In this document: one piece after another, positions 51,020 to 63,965 of the stretch
How the letters are laid out: every line of letters begins with the position of its first letter
How positions within the stretch are numbered: position 1 is the stretch's first letter
Assembly: GCF_018977255.1 (NCBI RefSeq)
Contig: NW_024704742.1
Location: forward strand, 101,434,001 to 101,498,000
Reading direction: 5' to 3'
From: Callorhinchus milii
Taxonomy: Eukaryota
DNA length: 64,000 nt
Position numbers and translations under genes: made by a program
The notes under the pieces: generated by a model
Database searches by the model: none
The model's input: only the letters and a program-made list of their open reading frames with translations
What the model was told of the DNA's origin: nothing

Positions 51020-52299
51020 GTTGTATTGGGCCTTCCTGACCTGTTACTGATCTTTATTAGTTGACTGGTAACTAACCCTTAGGTAACAGACTCTCTAGTC
51101 TTTTATTTCTATTTAATAAAGTTTTTCAAGAGTCTTCCTTTCTTCCTCTCATTGGAGAGTTGCTATCGGAGTTTAGTCTGTCTTTAGTTCTCTCGACAGA
51201 ACCCTCTCTCACAGATTCAGTCTTTCCTTTCTTTTTGAGTGTCTCCTTTGAAACTCTTTTCAAATTCCCCTTCACATTTTCCTTTCTGAACACAACTCTC
51301 ATTGAATTACTTGTTAGACTTCGCCAGATTGGATATTCTGTTGGTGGAAGTGGGCTGAGATAGTTAAATGCTTGCAATCAGATGGCACCCCTTGTTTAAT
51401 AAGCAGTTGGCTATCTTTAGATGCATTTTCTTTTTAATTATTCGGAACCATTCATCTTTGAGATGGGTGGCTCGTTAGGCTAGGAATGTGGATTTATGAT
51501 CTCAAATCTTTACTCTCCCTGATCAAATATCTGTGTTAGAAACTCCTCTTCCATATGCCAGCACCAAATAAGCAATTAATCCCACTTGTTATGATGTTGC
51601 ATGTGAAAGTTACTGCCCTTGTGTGAATGTTCCTTCTAGTTAATTGTTTTATTTTCCCTATTACAAATAGATTTTGACTGCTTTTTACTGTCTGCCTGGT
51701 TAACATCAAACTGACCTCCTTATAAGCCTACTAAACTGACAGATATCTTGACCAAACCACCATTTTATACAGCTTGAATTGAGCTGTTCAGAGTCACTGA
51801 TTTGAGAAGGATTTTTCCTATAAACATCTTCCATAAGATCCGTATTGTCTGAAAGTATAGCAATGAGCATATGTACAGTACTGCCCATAGGTTGATTTCC
51901 AAACCAGCGCAAGATGCTTATCTACCATTGTTATCATCTGAGTTGAAGAATCCTTGCCAAATTGTGTGGGAAACTAAATAGAGTTCTAGAGATCCTCCCA
52001 CAACCACGATACATTAAGTAATGCTGTAGTAGCAATTATGTTAACTGTTTCTTTCAATGTTAATAGCGCTATTATGGTTTCTGGTCATGGGAGACATTCA
52101 TCCATTTACAAATGTACTAACCAGGTTATGGTGGGATTTTTCAAGAGGTCAGTTAGTCAGGAGGGATTACCAACCTTGACAATGACTTTATGATTGGACA
52201 CTTATGCTCCCATTGCCAAGGTCTGAGAATCACCTCTCTTGCATTTGAATGCCATAGAGGCAATCAGCCACATGTACATAGCCTTTCAATATATTGTAA
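51020..52299 (-). pseudogene. Large pseudo-exon: kinase repeat 3 subdomain XI plus linker
   Basis: Strong acceptor ttttctgttattttaatcctcattcag. Reads YNILKG...QER*FSDL (cf. ERPxFSDL). Residual ORFs 51706-51912 and 51126-51377 are on the same strand. 3' end approximate. Confidence 0.5.
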
Positions 52300-52432
52300 C
52301 TGAATGAGGATTAAAATAACAGAAAAATTGAGACATTTCAGGTTTATTTGAAAACTTGTCTTGTTTTATGGCACTTTTAGTTTAAATGCTTGTGCCCCTT
52401 TAAAACAAATGATAGAAAGACCAAGTGAATAC

Positions 52433-52814
52433 CTTTCTTTGTAAATGAAATGTAATCGTTTTTATAAATCTGTGCACCCTGGTGATGACTCTGGTGAAAA
52501 ATTTCTTCACTGAAGGACACAAAGGTGTAATGACGCACATCATTTTACTTCATCAGCCCTGAGAAGGGCAGTTAGGACTTTCAGCTGCCTCCATCATTTG
52601 TTGCAGTCTCCAAAAAAAAAGCATGCCTCGTCTTCACAACATTCTTCACGAGCGTTGAACTCTGAAACAAAACATTCCATCCAGCAATTTCGAAGGCCAT
52701 TTCATTATCATTCGTAAACCTAGATGCATATTGTAGAGCCTCCACTTCTCCGAAAAGCATGCCACCAATTCATAAAGAGAAAAATGTGCAAACAACTTCC
52801 AACACTCCATTCAC
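52433..52814 (-). pseudogene. Pseudo-exon, kinase repeat 3, subdomains VIII-X
   Basis: Donor AAG|gtattc. MAFE/LLDGMF across a 1-nt shift, then FLETATNDGG...LPFSGL..NDV (cf. WEIxTxGxxPFxGL). Confidence 0.5.
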
Positions 52815-53689
52815 TTGTATGCTATCTCATCACTTTGATTTTTTGAGGGGCCCACTGTCCTATAGTATTTTATCAAAACCAAACATTGGTCCACAAAACA
52901 TACACAGTCACTGGACTTTATGACATATCCTTGTGCAAGGTTTTGGGACAACTTCCTGATGTGAAAGATGCTATACCAAATGTTAGGATTATTATTGTTT
53001 ACTATCAATAAAACCTCTTTTATTCTCCACAATGTCCAATTCAATTGCCCTTTTTATTTATCATCCCAGGTTATCGTTTAACTTTTATCTTTTTATCTAT
53101 CTTTTACGTTGTCTCTCATTTCATTATAGAAAATATGGGGCACATATACACTTGAATAGTATATTTTCCAGTTTTCCATTTCCCATTGTTCCTTACATAT
53201 GCCCATATTTTCCTTTTTTTGTACAACTCATTGAAGTCATGCGTTGGACATTAATCTTCTGCCCGGAAGAGAAAGAAAGGAAAAAGAAGGAAGAACTTCC
53301 TTCTCTTTTCAAATAGTACCATGGGATCTTTAATATCCACTTAGATAGGCAAACAGGTCCTCAGAATATCATCTTATCTGAAGGACGTTATCTCCAACAA
53401 TACAGCACACTCCTGGCATTGCATTTTATTGGTGCTCTTTTGTTATTTGCCTGCTGCAATTTTGTTTCAACAGAGGAAAGACCTATATTATCCAGAATAG
53501 CAGTATCGTATAAAAAGTACTTTTCAATTATGAAAATCCTTTTTTATAGCTCTTGTACTGTCAAAGTGCTTCAAAAGGAATTTGTACGTGAATGCAGCAG
53601 CCAATTTGCACACTGCAGTGTTCATGAAGCCATTGCCCAATTTATCTGGAAGATTATCAGCCAGAACAACCCAAGATCACAGAAAAAAT

Positions 53690-54140
53690 CACATGACAGG
53701 GTCAGATGAAGAAGACTCCTCAGCGCATTTGATCTCATCCTTTCTGAATACCCACCCTACTTTCTTCTCATCATATCATCAAGCTGTTTTTTAAATGTCC
53801 TAGCCTCAAACACCCTTCCTGGTGACCTGTTCCTGTCATTAATTAAAATCAGGGTCAAGAAATATTTCCTGGTGTTTGCTCCGAAATTACCCTTTGGAAA
53901 TCTAGACACATGTCCTCTCATTCTGCTGTCTTGGTACACCTTAAATTATTGCTCTGAGTTTATTTTATCAATCCCGTTTAAAATTTTGTACACCACTCTG
54001 AGTGCACCTCATTTGAAGACTGAAGTGTTCTATATTGTCTAATCATTGCTCATAGCTCATGCCTCCAACATTGGGGTCATCCTCTTTGTTCTCTTCTACA
54101 CTGCCTCGAGGACATGAGAGTCCATTTATACTGTGGAGAC
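53690..54140 (-). mobile_element. Old CR1-like 3' fragment
   Basis: RMRGH...RKYFLT-type peptide (ORF 53757-53939). Related tails near 6960, 37830 and 47640. Confidence 0.7.
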
Positions 54141-54379
54141 CCTGTGAATTGCTTTGTGATGTCCTCCTGATGTGAAACGCGCTAAGGCAAATGCAACAAT
54201 TATTATTATTATAGTTCCAGAAACCAGGATGAGGCCTGGATATATGTCAGTTAGAAATGCATGCTCATTTATAAATTTTAGAATACTCATTACATCTTAA
54301 ATTAATTGAATCGATACACTATTAATCTATTCAATTTTGGCTTTCATTTGACTCGATTAGTTCAAATGGTAGTAACTCT

Positions 54380-54508
54380 AGGGTGTTTGAGGCTAGGACA
54401 TTTAAAAATCAGCTTGATGATATATGATAAGAAGAAAGTAGGGTAGGTATTCAGAAAGGATGAGATCAAATGCGCTGAGGAGTCTTCTTCATCTGACCCT
54501 GTCATGTG
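54380..54508 (+). repeat. Inverted near-identical copy of 53690-53816
   Basis: About 125 bp reverse-complement match with only a few differences. Confidence 0.92.
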
Positions 54509-55678
54509 AATATATTCTGCATTCACCTGCAAATACAGTCACTTCACTTCACAATGGATCTAATAGTGCACTCAGAGACAACAGGATACAGCACTTATCA
54601 AGGATTATTATTATTAAGTGTCAGCCTGGCACAGTAGCACTTTTGCCTCTGAGTCATAACGTTGTGGGTTCAAGCCTCATGTGGTGTGCAAACTGTCTAC
54701 CGCGTTTTGCTCATCAAATACACAGTTTATCGACTTATAGTATATCCTGTGAAGGACTTTAAGACGTCTCAACAATGCGATAAGGTGCAAAGTTATTATT
54801 TACATTATTATTATTGTATGTGGTAGATTTCTGCTATAAAAGGGAGACAGTAAAACCTACTGCAAACGTGTTTTAAATATGTCTAATTTTGGCATTGAAA
54901 ATGTTGATATAAATCATTACTGACCTTATTGTAGTCTATATTGTCCCTTAATTGTTGGTTTAAATTGGTGATTTTCTGCTTGGATGATAATACCTAATGC
55001 TTGCAATTAATTCATAGCACAAAATGCATCTCAATAGTAATAGCACCCAAAGTGCAGTTAACATGCAAAAAAATAATTCAACTGCACTAAGAGCCAAAAA
55101 AAACACTTAATCTTTATCTAACAGACTTTAATTACCTCTTATTGGACTGATTGATCCTAAAGGGTAAATTAAGTCAAACAGCATTTTTCAGTGCAAGTAA
55201 TAATAATATAATTTATCAAGTCCCCTTTTGCAGAGTTTGATGCAGTTATGATTTCAGTTACACATTTTTAAGTACATTTTACACATGTACAAATATGTTC
55301 CTGATGCATAAGGTTCTCACATACCACCTTATTGTCTGCCCCCTAAAATGTAGTCAAACACAATTGCACTTCTCCACCATCTAAAATAATATTTAAAAAT
55401 GCAAAATATTTTAAGATGAGTCTAAAACTAGTTTGCATCACATTGCAATTAAGTATTATAGTTATGAAAGAACATTATACTATATTGGCCGAAAAGGTAT
55501 GTTTATGGCCACTTGTCCAATATCCCTTGTAAATCAAAAAGGCAGAAGATTGTGACTTCAAACTCACATAGTCAAAGATGAAACTCCAATGTCTAGAGGT
55601 GTGCTACATTGCTGAAGGAGCCATCCTATAGATAAACTGAAATTATATCATCCCAATCACAGAGATTGAAAAGTGTAC

Positions 55679-55899
55679 TTGTGCATGGCGTGAATGTTGG
55701 AAAAAGTATTTTGCGATGTATAAACTCTTTTTTCTGCAGTTAAATCCCTATCTCTGAGGTTTCGACTCCAGCCCTGAGATCTCAAAGGAGCCACAATTTG
55801 ACAAGTTATGTGAAATATAGCAGATTACACGGAGAAAACACAGGTTTTGTCACAAAATGTTTTGTGCAGGAGTCGCACAGTTCGAACATTGTTTCATCC
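55679..55899 (-). pseudogene. Pseudo-exon, kinase repeat 3, subdomains V-VIb
   Basis: One frame reads TMFELCD...EIGI*LQKKEFIHRKI (cf. GMxYLxxKxFIHRDL). AG and GT boundaries present. Confidence 0.5.
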
Positions 55900-55914
55900 C
55901 TAGAGTTATTATTA

Positions 55915-58470
55915 ACCTCATTTATTAACCTCATTTACTGCCCCCCCAAAACCTCTCCCACCTTTATTTCTGATGTCTCCACCCTCCTAGTTTCCCTCTG
56001 CCACTGTTCCGACCGCCTCCTCATCTTCGCAACTTCAACCTTTGCTTCACCCCCTCCTGCTCTATCACCTCGGACTTCTCTTCTCTCCTTTCCTCTTACA
56101 ACCTCTCCCTCCACATCTGTTCTGCCACCTATGTTCATGGCTACCCACTCGAACTGGTAATTAACCAGGGTTTCAGTGTTTCGGATATCACAATGACCGA
56201 CAAAGCCATCTCCGATCACCATTTCATCTCCTTCAAATCCTCAATCCCTCTCCCCACCACCACCAAACCCACCTCCATCTCCTACCACCCCTAGAAACAA
56301 ATCTCCCCACAATCCCTTCCTGCTGCCCTGGAGTCATCTGAACTCCTCCCCTTCTGGCCTACCTCCCCCACTGATTTATCCTTCTCGCTCACTATCCTCC
56401 ACAACTCCCACAATTTCGTCTCCACCACTCTTGATGCCCTTGGCCCCCTCACTTCCTGAACTGCCTCCTACTCACAAACCTCACTCTAGTACACCAGCCA
56501 CCTCCGCTCCCTCAAGGGTCAAGTGCGGGCCGCCGAACGCACTGGGCTCAAGTCTGATCTAATGGTCCACCGGCAGATCTGGCTGGATCACATCAAAACA
56601 TACTGTTCCACTCTCACCTCTGCCAAATTGTCCTACTCCAAGACAAGTGGAGGATGTTCTCCACCACCAACTTGCACTCCGTCCACCCTCCCATGCCTCA
56701 CCCATTCTTTCCTCAAGCTCTGATAGTGAAGAGATGTTGGATTTCCTAGAGACCAAAATCAAGGAGATCCATTCAACTGCCTTCACCCTCCAAACTGCCT
56801 ATTCCTCCCTTTCTCCCCCCACACTATGACCCCTAACCATCCCTCGCTCCACATTTTCGACACTGTCTCCCCCTCCTCTCTCATCACCACCATATCCAGC
56901 ATGAAACACACAACCTGCTCTCTTGACCCCATCCCCACCCCTCTACTTACCTCCCAGCTCCACCCCCTCAGCCCTTTACTCTCCGACAACATCAATCTCT
57001 GCTTATTATCCGGCACCATTCCCATCCCCCTAAAAACAGACATAATCACCCCCATCCTGAATAAACCTTCCGTGGACCCATTCCTGCTTTCTAACTACCA
57101 GACATCTCCAACTTTCCTTTTCTTTCTAAGGTCCTTGAAAGAGCTGTTGTTTCCCAGTTTTGCTCATTACTCTCCTATAATCCCTTCATGACCCCCTCCA
57201 ATCAAGTTTCCATGCTCCTCACAGCATGGAAACTTCTCTGGTCAAGGTAACAAACAACATCCTGTCCATCTGTGACCAGGGCTCCCTCTGCCTCCTCATC
57301 CTCCTCAACCTCTCTGCTGCCTTCGATACCATGGACCAATCCACCACCTCTCCTCTCACCTCAACCATCAAGGTTCGGTCCTTGAATGGTTCAGGTCTTA
57401 TCTCTCATATCGTCTCCAATTTGTCTCCACCAATGGTTTCTCTTCCAGCCCCCACACATTCTAGTGTGGAGTTCCTCAGGGATCTGTCCTTGGACCTCTC
57501 CTCTTCAACCTCTACATGCTCCTACTTGGTGACATCATCTGCAGACATGCTGTCAACTTATACATGTATGCCAAGGACACCCAACTCTATCTCTCTGCCT
57601 CCACTCTTCAGGTCAACTGATGTCCTGACAGACTGCCTGTCAAACATCAAGTCCTGGATGAGAGCCAACTTTCTACAGCTGAGTGTCAGAAAGACTGAGG
57701 CCCTCCTGATTGACTCATGCCAGCACCTCCACACCTCAGGCACTGGCAGCATCAGCATCCATAGATGCACACTCCATCTCACCAAGCCAGTCAGGAACCT
57801 AGGCATCTTGTTCGACCCTCAACTCCTTTCTCCCCCATATCCGTGCCATGACCTGCTCTGCCTTCCCCCACCTCCGCAACATTGCCCAACTCTGCCACCA
57901 CCACTCAGGACGCTGAAACTCTCGTACATGCATTCGTCACCTCAAGACTCGACTATGGAAACTCCCTCCTTGTCAGCCTCCCCAGCTCTTCCCTCCACAA
58001 GCTGCAGATTATCCAGAACTCTGCAACTCATGTTCTCTCCTGCACCAAGCTCCATGACCCCATCACCCCCACTTTCTCCCAGCTCCACTGGCTCCCCATC
58101 CCTCAGAGGATAGAATTCAAAATCCTGGTCCTCACCTTCAAGGCCCACCACAGTCTTGCCCCGTCCTACATCTCAGACATGCTGATGCCCTATCAACCTA
58201 TCCACTCCTCTGCTCAGCAGGCTCCATAACTACTGCCCGATCCACCCTACCATCGGCGGCCAGGTTTTCTGCCCCCACCCTTTGTAACTCCATCCCACAA
58301 TTCCTTTGTCTTGCTGCCTCCCTTGCCTTCAACCGTGCCTTCAGCTGCCCTCCGACCTCTCGCCAACTGTGCACCCCCACGCTCAGCTCCTGATCCACAA
58401 TGGTTCAGCGTCTTGGAATGTCCTCCCGGTGTGAAAGGCTCTTTACAAATGTAATCTTGTTGTTGTTGTT
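55915..58470 (+). mobile_element. Long L2 LINE copy (endonuclease end, RT, 3' UTR), frameshifted
   Basis: [44 protein letters not shown], (TGT)n tail. Confidence 0.95.
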
Positions 58471-58693
58471 ATTAAGATTATTATTATAGAATACTATCAT
58501 AGCCATGGTCTTGAAATATGAGCAACATTGAAATGCTAGAGAAAGTGCTTTGAAAATGTTATAAAAATATTAATCCCTACATAATATATAGTGCCTATTA
58601 TGTCTTAAATGTTTGAAATGTGTCAAAGAGCTTCCTATATATTTGCTGTCACGTATGGACTATAAAGTTAGGCAAATATGGCAGCCAATATTG

Positions 58694-59555
58694 TGCTGAG
58701 GTCCTCCTGATTGGCTCGCGTCAGCACCTCCGCACCTCAGGCGCTGGCAGCATCAGCATCCAAGGCTGCACTCTCCACCTCTCAAAGTCAGTCAGGAACC
58801 TCGGGGTTCTGTTCGACCCTGAGCTGTCCTTTCTTCCCCACATCCGCACCACAACTGGCACCGCCTTCCACCACCTCCGGAGCATCGCCAGACTACGGCA
58901 CTACCTCACCCCACACGCTGTTGAAACACTGGTCCACGCCTTAATCACCTCAAGGCTGGACTATGGGAACTCTCTCCTCGCCGGCCTTCCCGCCACCTCC
59001 CTCCACAAGCTGCAGGTCATTCAGAACTCTGCAGCTCGTGTACTGTCCCGCACCAGGCTTCGCGACCACATCACTCCCACCCTCGCTCGCCTCCACTGGC
59101 TCCCCATCGCCCAGAGGATCGAATTCAAGATCCTCATCCTCACCTACAAGGCCATTCACGGCTTTGCTCCCTCCTACCTCTCTGACCTACTATCCCCCTA
59201 CCTACCCGCCCGTACCCTCCGTTCCTCTGGCTCCGGTCTGCTCCACATCCCCCGCCCCAACTGCCCTACCATCGGTGGCCGGGTCTTCAGCCTCTCAGCC
59301 CCCAGGCTCTGGAACTCTATCCCCCAGTGCCTTCGCCGCCTCCTCCCTTTCCTCCTTCAAGGCCGGTCTCAAGACCTTTCTCTTTGACCGTGCCTTCAGC
59401 TCCCCTCTTGACTCTCTACCCCCTCCTCACTCCCTCCCTTCCCTCCCCTCACCCTGACCATTTCCCCCCTGCTCGGGTCCCGACCCAACTGTACAGCGCC
59501 TTGGGACGTCCTCCCGACGTGAAAGGCGCTCTATAAATGAAATCTTGTTGTTGCT
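58694..59555 (+). mobile_element. Young L2 LINE 3' end
   Basis: Long open RT C-terminal frame (ORF 58620-59387). Near-identical to the reverse complement of 8328-9190. Confidence 0.97.
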
Positions 59556-59714
59556 GCCCAGCAAGATTTCAAAATAACGATCAGGTGAATGATCAATTTG
59601 CAAAATTTAAAAATCAAGGATAGTTTCAACTTGTGTTTGGAGAAATGATAGCTTGTTGGGTCGTTAGGTCATCAACAGTTCACCACTGACACCAGTTTCT
59701 GCGCTCTGCATGGG

Positions 59715-59932
59715 GAGTCACTTCCTACGCGCTGCGCATCTGGGCTGTGCACAGAAAACACTGCTAACATCACTTCCACATGGACCATGTGCATGCTATA
59801 TGCAGGAAGTATCACGAGCATCACTTTACAAAGGACAGGTCAGTGGTACTTGTTGTATGCGTGCTGGACAGGAATTGATGTCAGCAACAACTGCTACATG
59901 AAGCGCAAATGTACACAGGAAATGATGTCAGT
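59715..59932. repeat. Imperfect palindrome with repeated GGAA(A/T)TGATGTCA-type motifs
   Basis: tgctaacatcacttcc pairs with ggaattgatgtcagca; gtcacttcct..tgcgc pairs with gcgca..aggaaatgatgtc. Confidence 0.55.
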
Positions 59933-60059
59933 GGAGACTGACAACTCAGAAGCAATGCAGAATCCACTGTTTTTCATAACCCAATTAAAGCAACAAATTG
60001 CATGTATATAGCGCCCTTCACTCGGGGTACTGTCTCGGAGCAATTACAACTTGATGTTG

Positions 60060-60974
60060 AATTTTGTGTAACAAGCTATAATGGGGATGTCCAAGTAACA
60101 TAAGAAACAGGCATGCAGGGTTAGACCCTTATGTCTGGGATTGCTGATGGGACAGAGCCTAAAATATCTGAGGCTTTTAAAACCAACTTTGGCAAATTTC
60201 TGCCACATGTTGTCTGGGATATGTCTTCAAGGAGCAGCATATCCACAGGCTACTACCAGTAGTAGTGAAGGTTGTGACATCCTTGAACATCTTTTTCCCT
60301 GTGGATCTCTCCAATCCGCAGCAAGAGATATGAGTGGCATCAGCAGAGCTCACTTTTAAGATGCATAGAATATGCAACAGATGCCCATTGCCGTGGGTAT
60401 CTATGCTTCGTTCATTTTTCAAGAAGCCCTGGAAGCAGATCATCAGTACAAGGAGCAATTCATTACTGTTGGAAACTGACTATAAAGTTGACAATTCTTG
60501 AGATATGTTTGTGTGGTGCAGCTAACTCTAGCTTCTCTGCATCCGCACTGACTTGTCTATTTTCATGCTTGTTAGGTTTATTCAGCTCATTATTACAATT
60601 GGCACAAGATAGGCAACTAGATATCAAATGATACTTTCAATGACAACCTATGCAATATTTGCTGGTTAAACTCCCGTACATATCCCAATACCCACTCTGG
60701 GATCCCCAAGCCTTGCCTCTTGCCAACCTCGCCTTAGGTAAGTGGGTCTGTCCATCCAAGGAGACTGAGTGTATTCCATTCCAGGAAATTTGCTATGATT
60801 AGGTGGCATATACATGTGGAACTCTGAGTCTGGTTTGGATGTTCTTGAGCATAGTGATGGATTTCCACATGTGTCAGACACCCGGCTGTCCAAAAAAAGG
60901 CTACTGAAAAGGATGCACACTTCTAGATCTTACTTAGAAATCGGCAGAGGTGAGTTCGATGAAGATCTATCAGT
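60060..60974 (-). pseudogene. Large candidate pseudo-exon, possible kinase repeat 2
   Basis: Non-repetitive, with long partly open minus frames. Acceptor ctccatttag. Motif-like pieces LIDLHRTHLCRFL, QQILHRLSL and RYPRQW occur in order, but similarity is weak. Confidence 0.35.
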
Positions 60975-61194
60975 CTAAATGGAGCAGGAGCATAAGGCTA
61001 GCAAATGTACTTCACACAAACTTTAACTAACACACTGCTAAAATCTCAAGAAATTGAGTGAGGGGATCATTTTTCTTTTGTTTTATTTTTTAGCTTTGTT
61101 CTTATTTTATTTTATTGAGGGTGATGAAAATATGGAACTCCCCACAGGACATTATGGTTGAAACAAAAAACATTAGGAGGGGACTTGACGCATT

Positions 61195-61338
61195 CAATGC
61201 TGTGCCCAATTCGCTGCCACATTTCGCCCAAAAACTACAGTCAATTCACTTTACATTCTGTGAAGCGCTTTGAGACATCTCGAAGACGTGATAAGGCGCT
61301 CTATCAAATGCAAGGATAATTATTTATTATTATTATTC
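61195..61338 (+). mobile_element. SINE 3' portion
   Basis: Tail match to the full SINEs. Confidence 0.85.
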
Positions 61339-61622
61339 ATGAGGGAGAAGGGAACTGAGGGATATTGGAGAGGGGATTAATAGGAATGGAGGCTCAGCTT
61401 GAGTCGAAATACCGACACGGACTACTGGTCTGAATACCTCTTGCAACGTTCTACGTAATTTGATGTATTTGTCCTTACAGTCTTAATCCTAGCAATTATT
61501 CATCTGTGTAGTTATTTTTGACTTCAGCTTTTAATGAAATATAAAATGGGGTGCTACAATAATTGCAACATAGGACCAGGAGTAGACCATGCAGCCCCTC
61601 GAGCCTGTTCCATTCTATTAGA

Positions 61623-61730
61623 CCAGGGTGGTCCAAACTTTTGGCTGCCGAGGGCCGGATTCCCTATTTGAAAAAGGTCCCCAGGCCGCATCCTGCATGG
61701 GCCAGATAGTGACCTTTGCAACTGATTGGT
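61623..61730 (+). mobile_element. hAT-type non-autonomous DNA transposon end
   Basis: ccagggtggtccaaactttt..gagggccg resembles hAT (Charlie-like) termini. Partner TIR not found. Confidence 0.55.
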
Positions 61731-62154
61731 AGAGAGAGGAATTGAGAGGGGGGGAAAGGGAGGAGGGGAGAAGGGGCATGAGAGATGGGAAGAAAGCAGG
61801 GAAATGGGGAGAGAGGTGAGAGAGGGGCGGGAGAGAGCAGAGAGAGAATGAGAGAGAGTGGGAAATTGTCTGCCCCCCCACCCTCTCTCTCCCCTCCCTC
61901 CCTCTTTCCCCCCCTCTTTGAGGTAGGAGGTGATGAATGTGTGCATGAGGTTTTCAGCTGCCTTGGGCTTGAGATATGGTTGGAGATGGTGATCTGGCGG
62001 AGATGGAGGACAGGACAGGTCAGGGACTAGATATGGGGAAGTTCGATCAATTGGGGATCAAACCTGAGGCCCATTGCGATGCTTCAGCATATTAAAACCA
62101 GACTACTAAGAGATTTTGATTGCAGGGAAAATATCTGGAAGAATAGCATTGCTG

Positions 62155-62912
62155 ATGATACCAGAATGATACCATGGCTTAAAGGGCTCAATTATGAGGA
62201 CAGGTTGCATAAACTTGGCCTGTATTTTCTTGAGTTTAGGAGGTTGACGGGTGATCTGACTAACATGTTTAAAATAATAAAGGGATTCGATAGGGTGGAT
62301 ACAGAGAAACTGTTTCTTCCGATGGGGGAATCCAGAACAAGGGTCATAATCTTAAAATTAGAGCTAAACCATTTAGGAATAATAATAATAATAATAATCC
62401 TTGCATTTGATATAGCGCTTTTCACTTCTTCTAGACGTCCCAAAGCGCTTCACAGAATATACTGTAAAGTGAATTGACTGTATATTTGTGGGCGATCGCG
62501 GCAGCCAATTGCGCACAGCAGTGTCCCACAAACAGTCGTGGATTGAAAATGACCAATGTATTATTGTTTTTTTTTGGAGGGATTATTATTAGGCGTGTGG
62601 AGTAAGGAAACTTGCCTAAGGTTTCACCCTGTCTGGAATTGAACTCAGGTCTCTCGCTTGCAAAGAAATCAGGAGGCAGTTTATCACCCAAAGGGTAGTG
62701 GAAATCTGGAATTCTCTCCCCCAAAAGGCTGTGGATGCTGGATCCATTCACATCTTCAAGACTGAGGTGGATAGATATTTGTTAGGTCAGGGTATCAAGG
62801 GATATGGGGCAAGGACAGGCAATTGGAATTGAGGTACAAATCAGCCATGATCTAATAGAATGACAGAGCAGGCTCAAAAAGCTGAATGGCCTACTCCTGT
62901 TCCTATGTTCAT
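62155..62912 (+). mobile_element. CR1 3' end interrupted by an antisense SINE (62379-62663)
   Basis: LNYEDRLHKLGL peptide before the SINE; CR1 continues after it to ctcctgttcctatgttc. Confidence 0.93.
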
Positions 62913-63211
62913 ACGCTTTTGTTTGCCTTTCGGTAAAAGTATGTAAATTTATCTTCCAACAACTTGATTTGAAGTTTCAGCTACTGTGCCCTTAATCTCT
63001 GGAAATCCTTCCTTCTACCCTTCCATCTCATTCTCTATCTATATTTAAATCCTGCCTAAAAACCTACCTCTTTGACTGCACGTATTCCCCTCCTTCCTCA
63101 CTTGGCACTAACTCTGTCTTTAGTGAATTACTTTGAGATATTATCCTACACAAAAGACACAATATAAATGCAAATTGTTTTTGTTTATTCTAGTTTCATT
63201 TCTTTCTTTAC

Positions 63212-63525
63212 CATGGGCACCATCGTGTTCTTCCTCCCCTTAGTGAGCAATTATCTGCTATGTTTCTCAGAAGCCTAGCCTCTCCAGGGAATAAATCTAG
63301 TTCATGTAACTGAAGTGGCAGATTCTAATTTACTTGATATAAGTGGCACATCACTGGGTAATGGTCTCTTTGCTGGAACTGCGATCAACACATTTCTTAT
63401 CAGACTTAACAACTAAGGAAGACAATCTATATTTCCTCTAGACTGGCTCATACAGTATCCTAGCTCTCAGAGATGAAGAAACCACGTCTGATTCTTAACA
63501 GAGTTTCCAAATGATGAATCTTGAC
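63212..63525 (-). pseudogene. Pseudo-exon, kinase repeat 1, subdomain XI
   Basis: Acceptor ttattgtctatttcag, donor ATG|gtaaag. Reads CLP*LLSLIRNVLIAVPAKRPLPSDV (cf. LxxLIxxCLxxxPxKRP). Confidence 0.5.
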
Positions 63526-63699
63526 CTGAAATAGACAATAAATTAATATTCTTTTTCTCCTTGCCTCCCTCTCCCTCGAATCCTGCACCCAATGCATGTT
63601 TGTGTGCACACGGAATTTAAGCCACAAACATTGTCATCATTAAAACTTTTTGTCTTTCTGTCATTCTCTACTCCCTTTCCCTCCCTAAAGAATCCTTTA

Positions 63700-63965
63700 A
63701 CTGAAAACAATCAAATATGATTTTTTAAAAATGGTGTGTCTCCAGATAATTGAAATGTAAGCTCTCGGTTGTTCATAACTTGGGGGGAAGTTATTTCACT
63801 GTGCTTTTGATGTAGGATAATATTGCCCAGATGACTTTGCATTGCTGTGAAAGAAAACAAGATTGATTCAATGTACACATTGTAAAATATGTTTGGTACA
63901 AGTTTATTGCTTTCTTTCATGAAATCAGTGTGTGTAATTCAAAGGTAAAGTGCTGTATTCTACCT
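63700..63965 (-). pseudogene. Candidate pseudo-exon, kinase repeat 1, subdomains VIa-VIb
   Basis: Acceptor ttctgttttccag. Reads TKHILQCVH*INLVFFHSNAKSS (cf. KQILxGxxYLHxxxxxHxDxKxxN). 3' boundary uncertain. Confidence 0.3.

Larger units (their letters stand above)
20661..63965 (-). pseudogene. Decayed multi-exon gene encoding tandem protein-kinase-like (TK/TKL-type) domains; 5' part probably extends beyond the window
   Basis: About 20 minus-strand segments, most with polypyrimidine-AG acceptors and GT donors. Manual translations resemble kinase subdomains in I-to-XI order, repeated several times. Many stops, frameshifts and TE insertions. Confidence 0.65.

Noticed and set aside
58490..58690. 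Kinase subdomain III-IV exon (FKHLRH)
   Set aside because: The position fits repeat 3, but the motif is too short and the splice sites are unclear.
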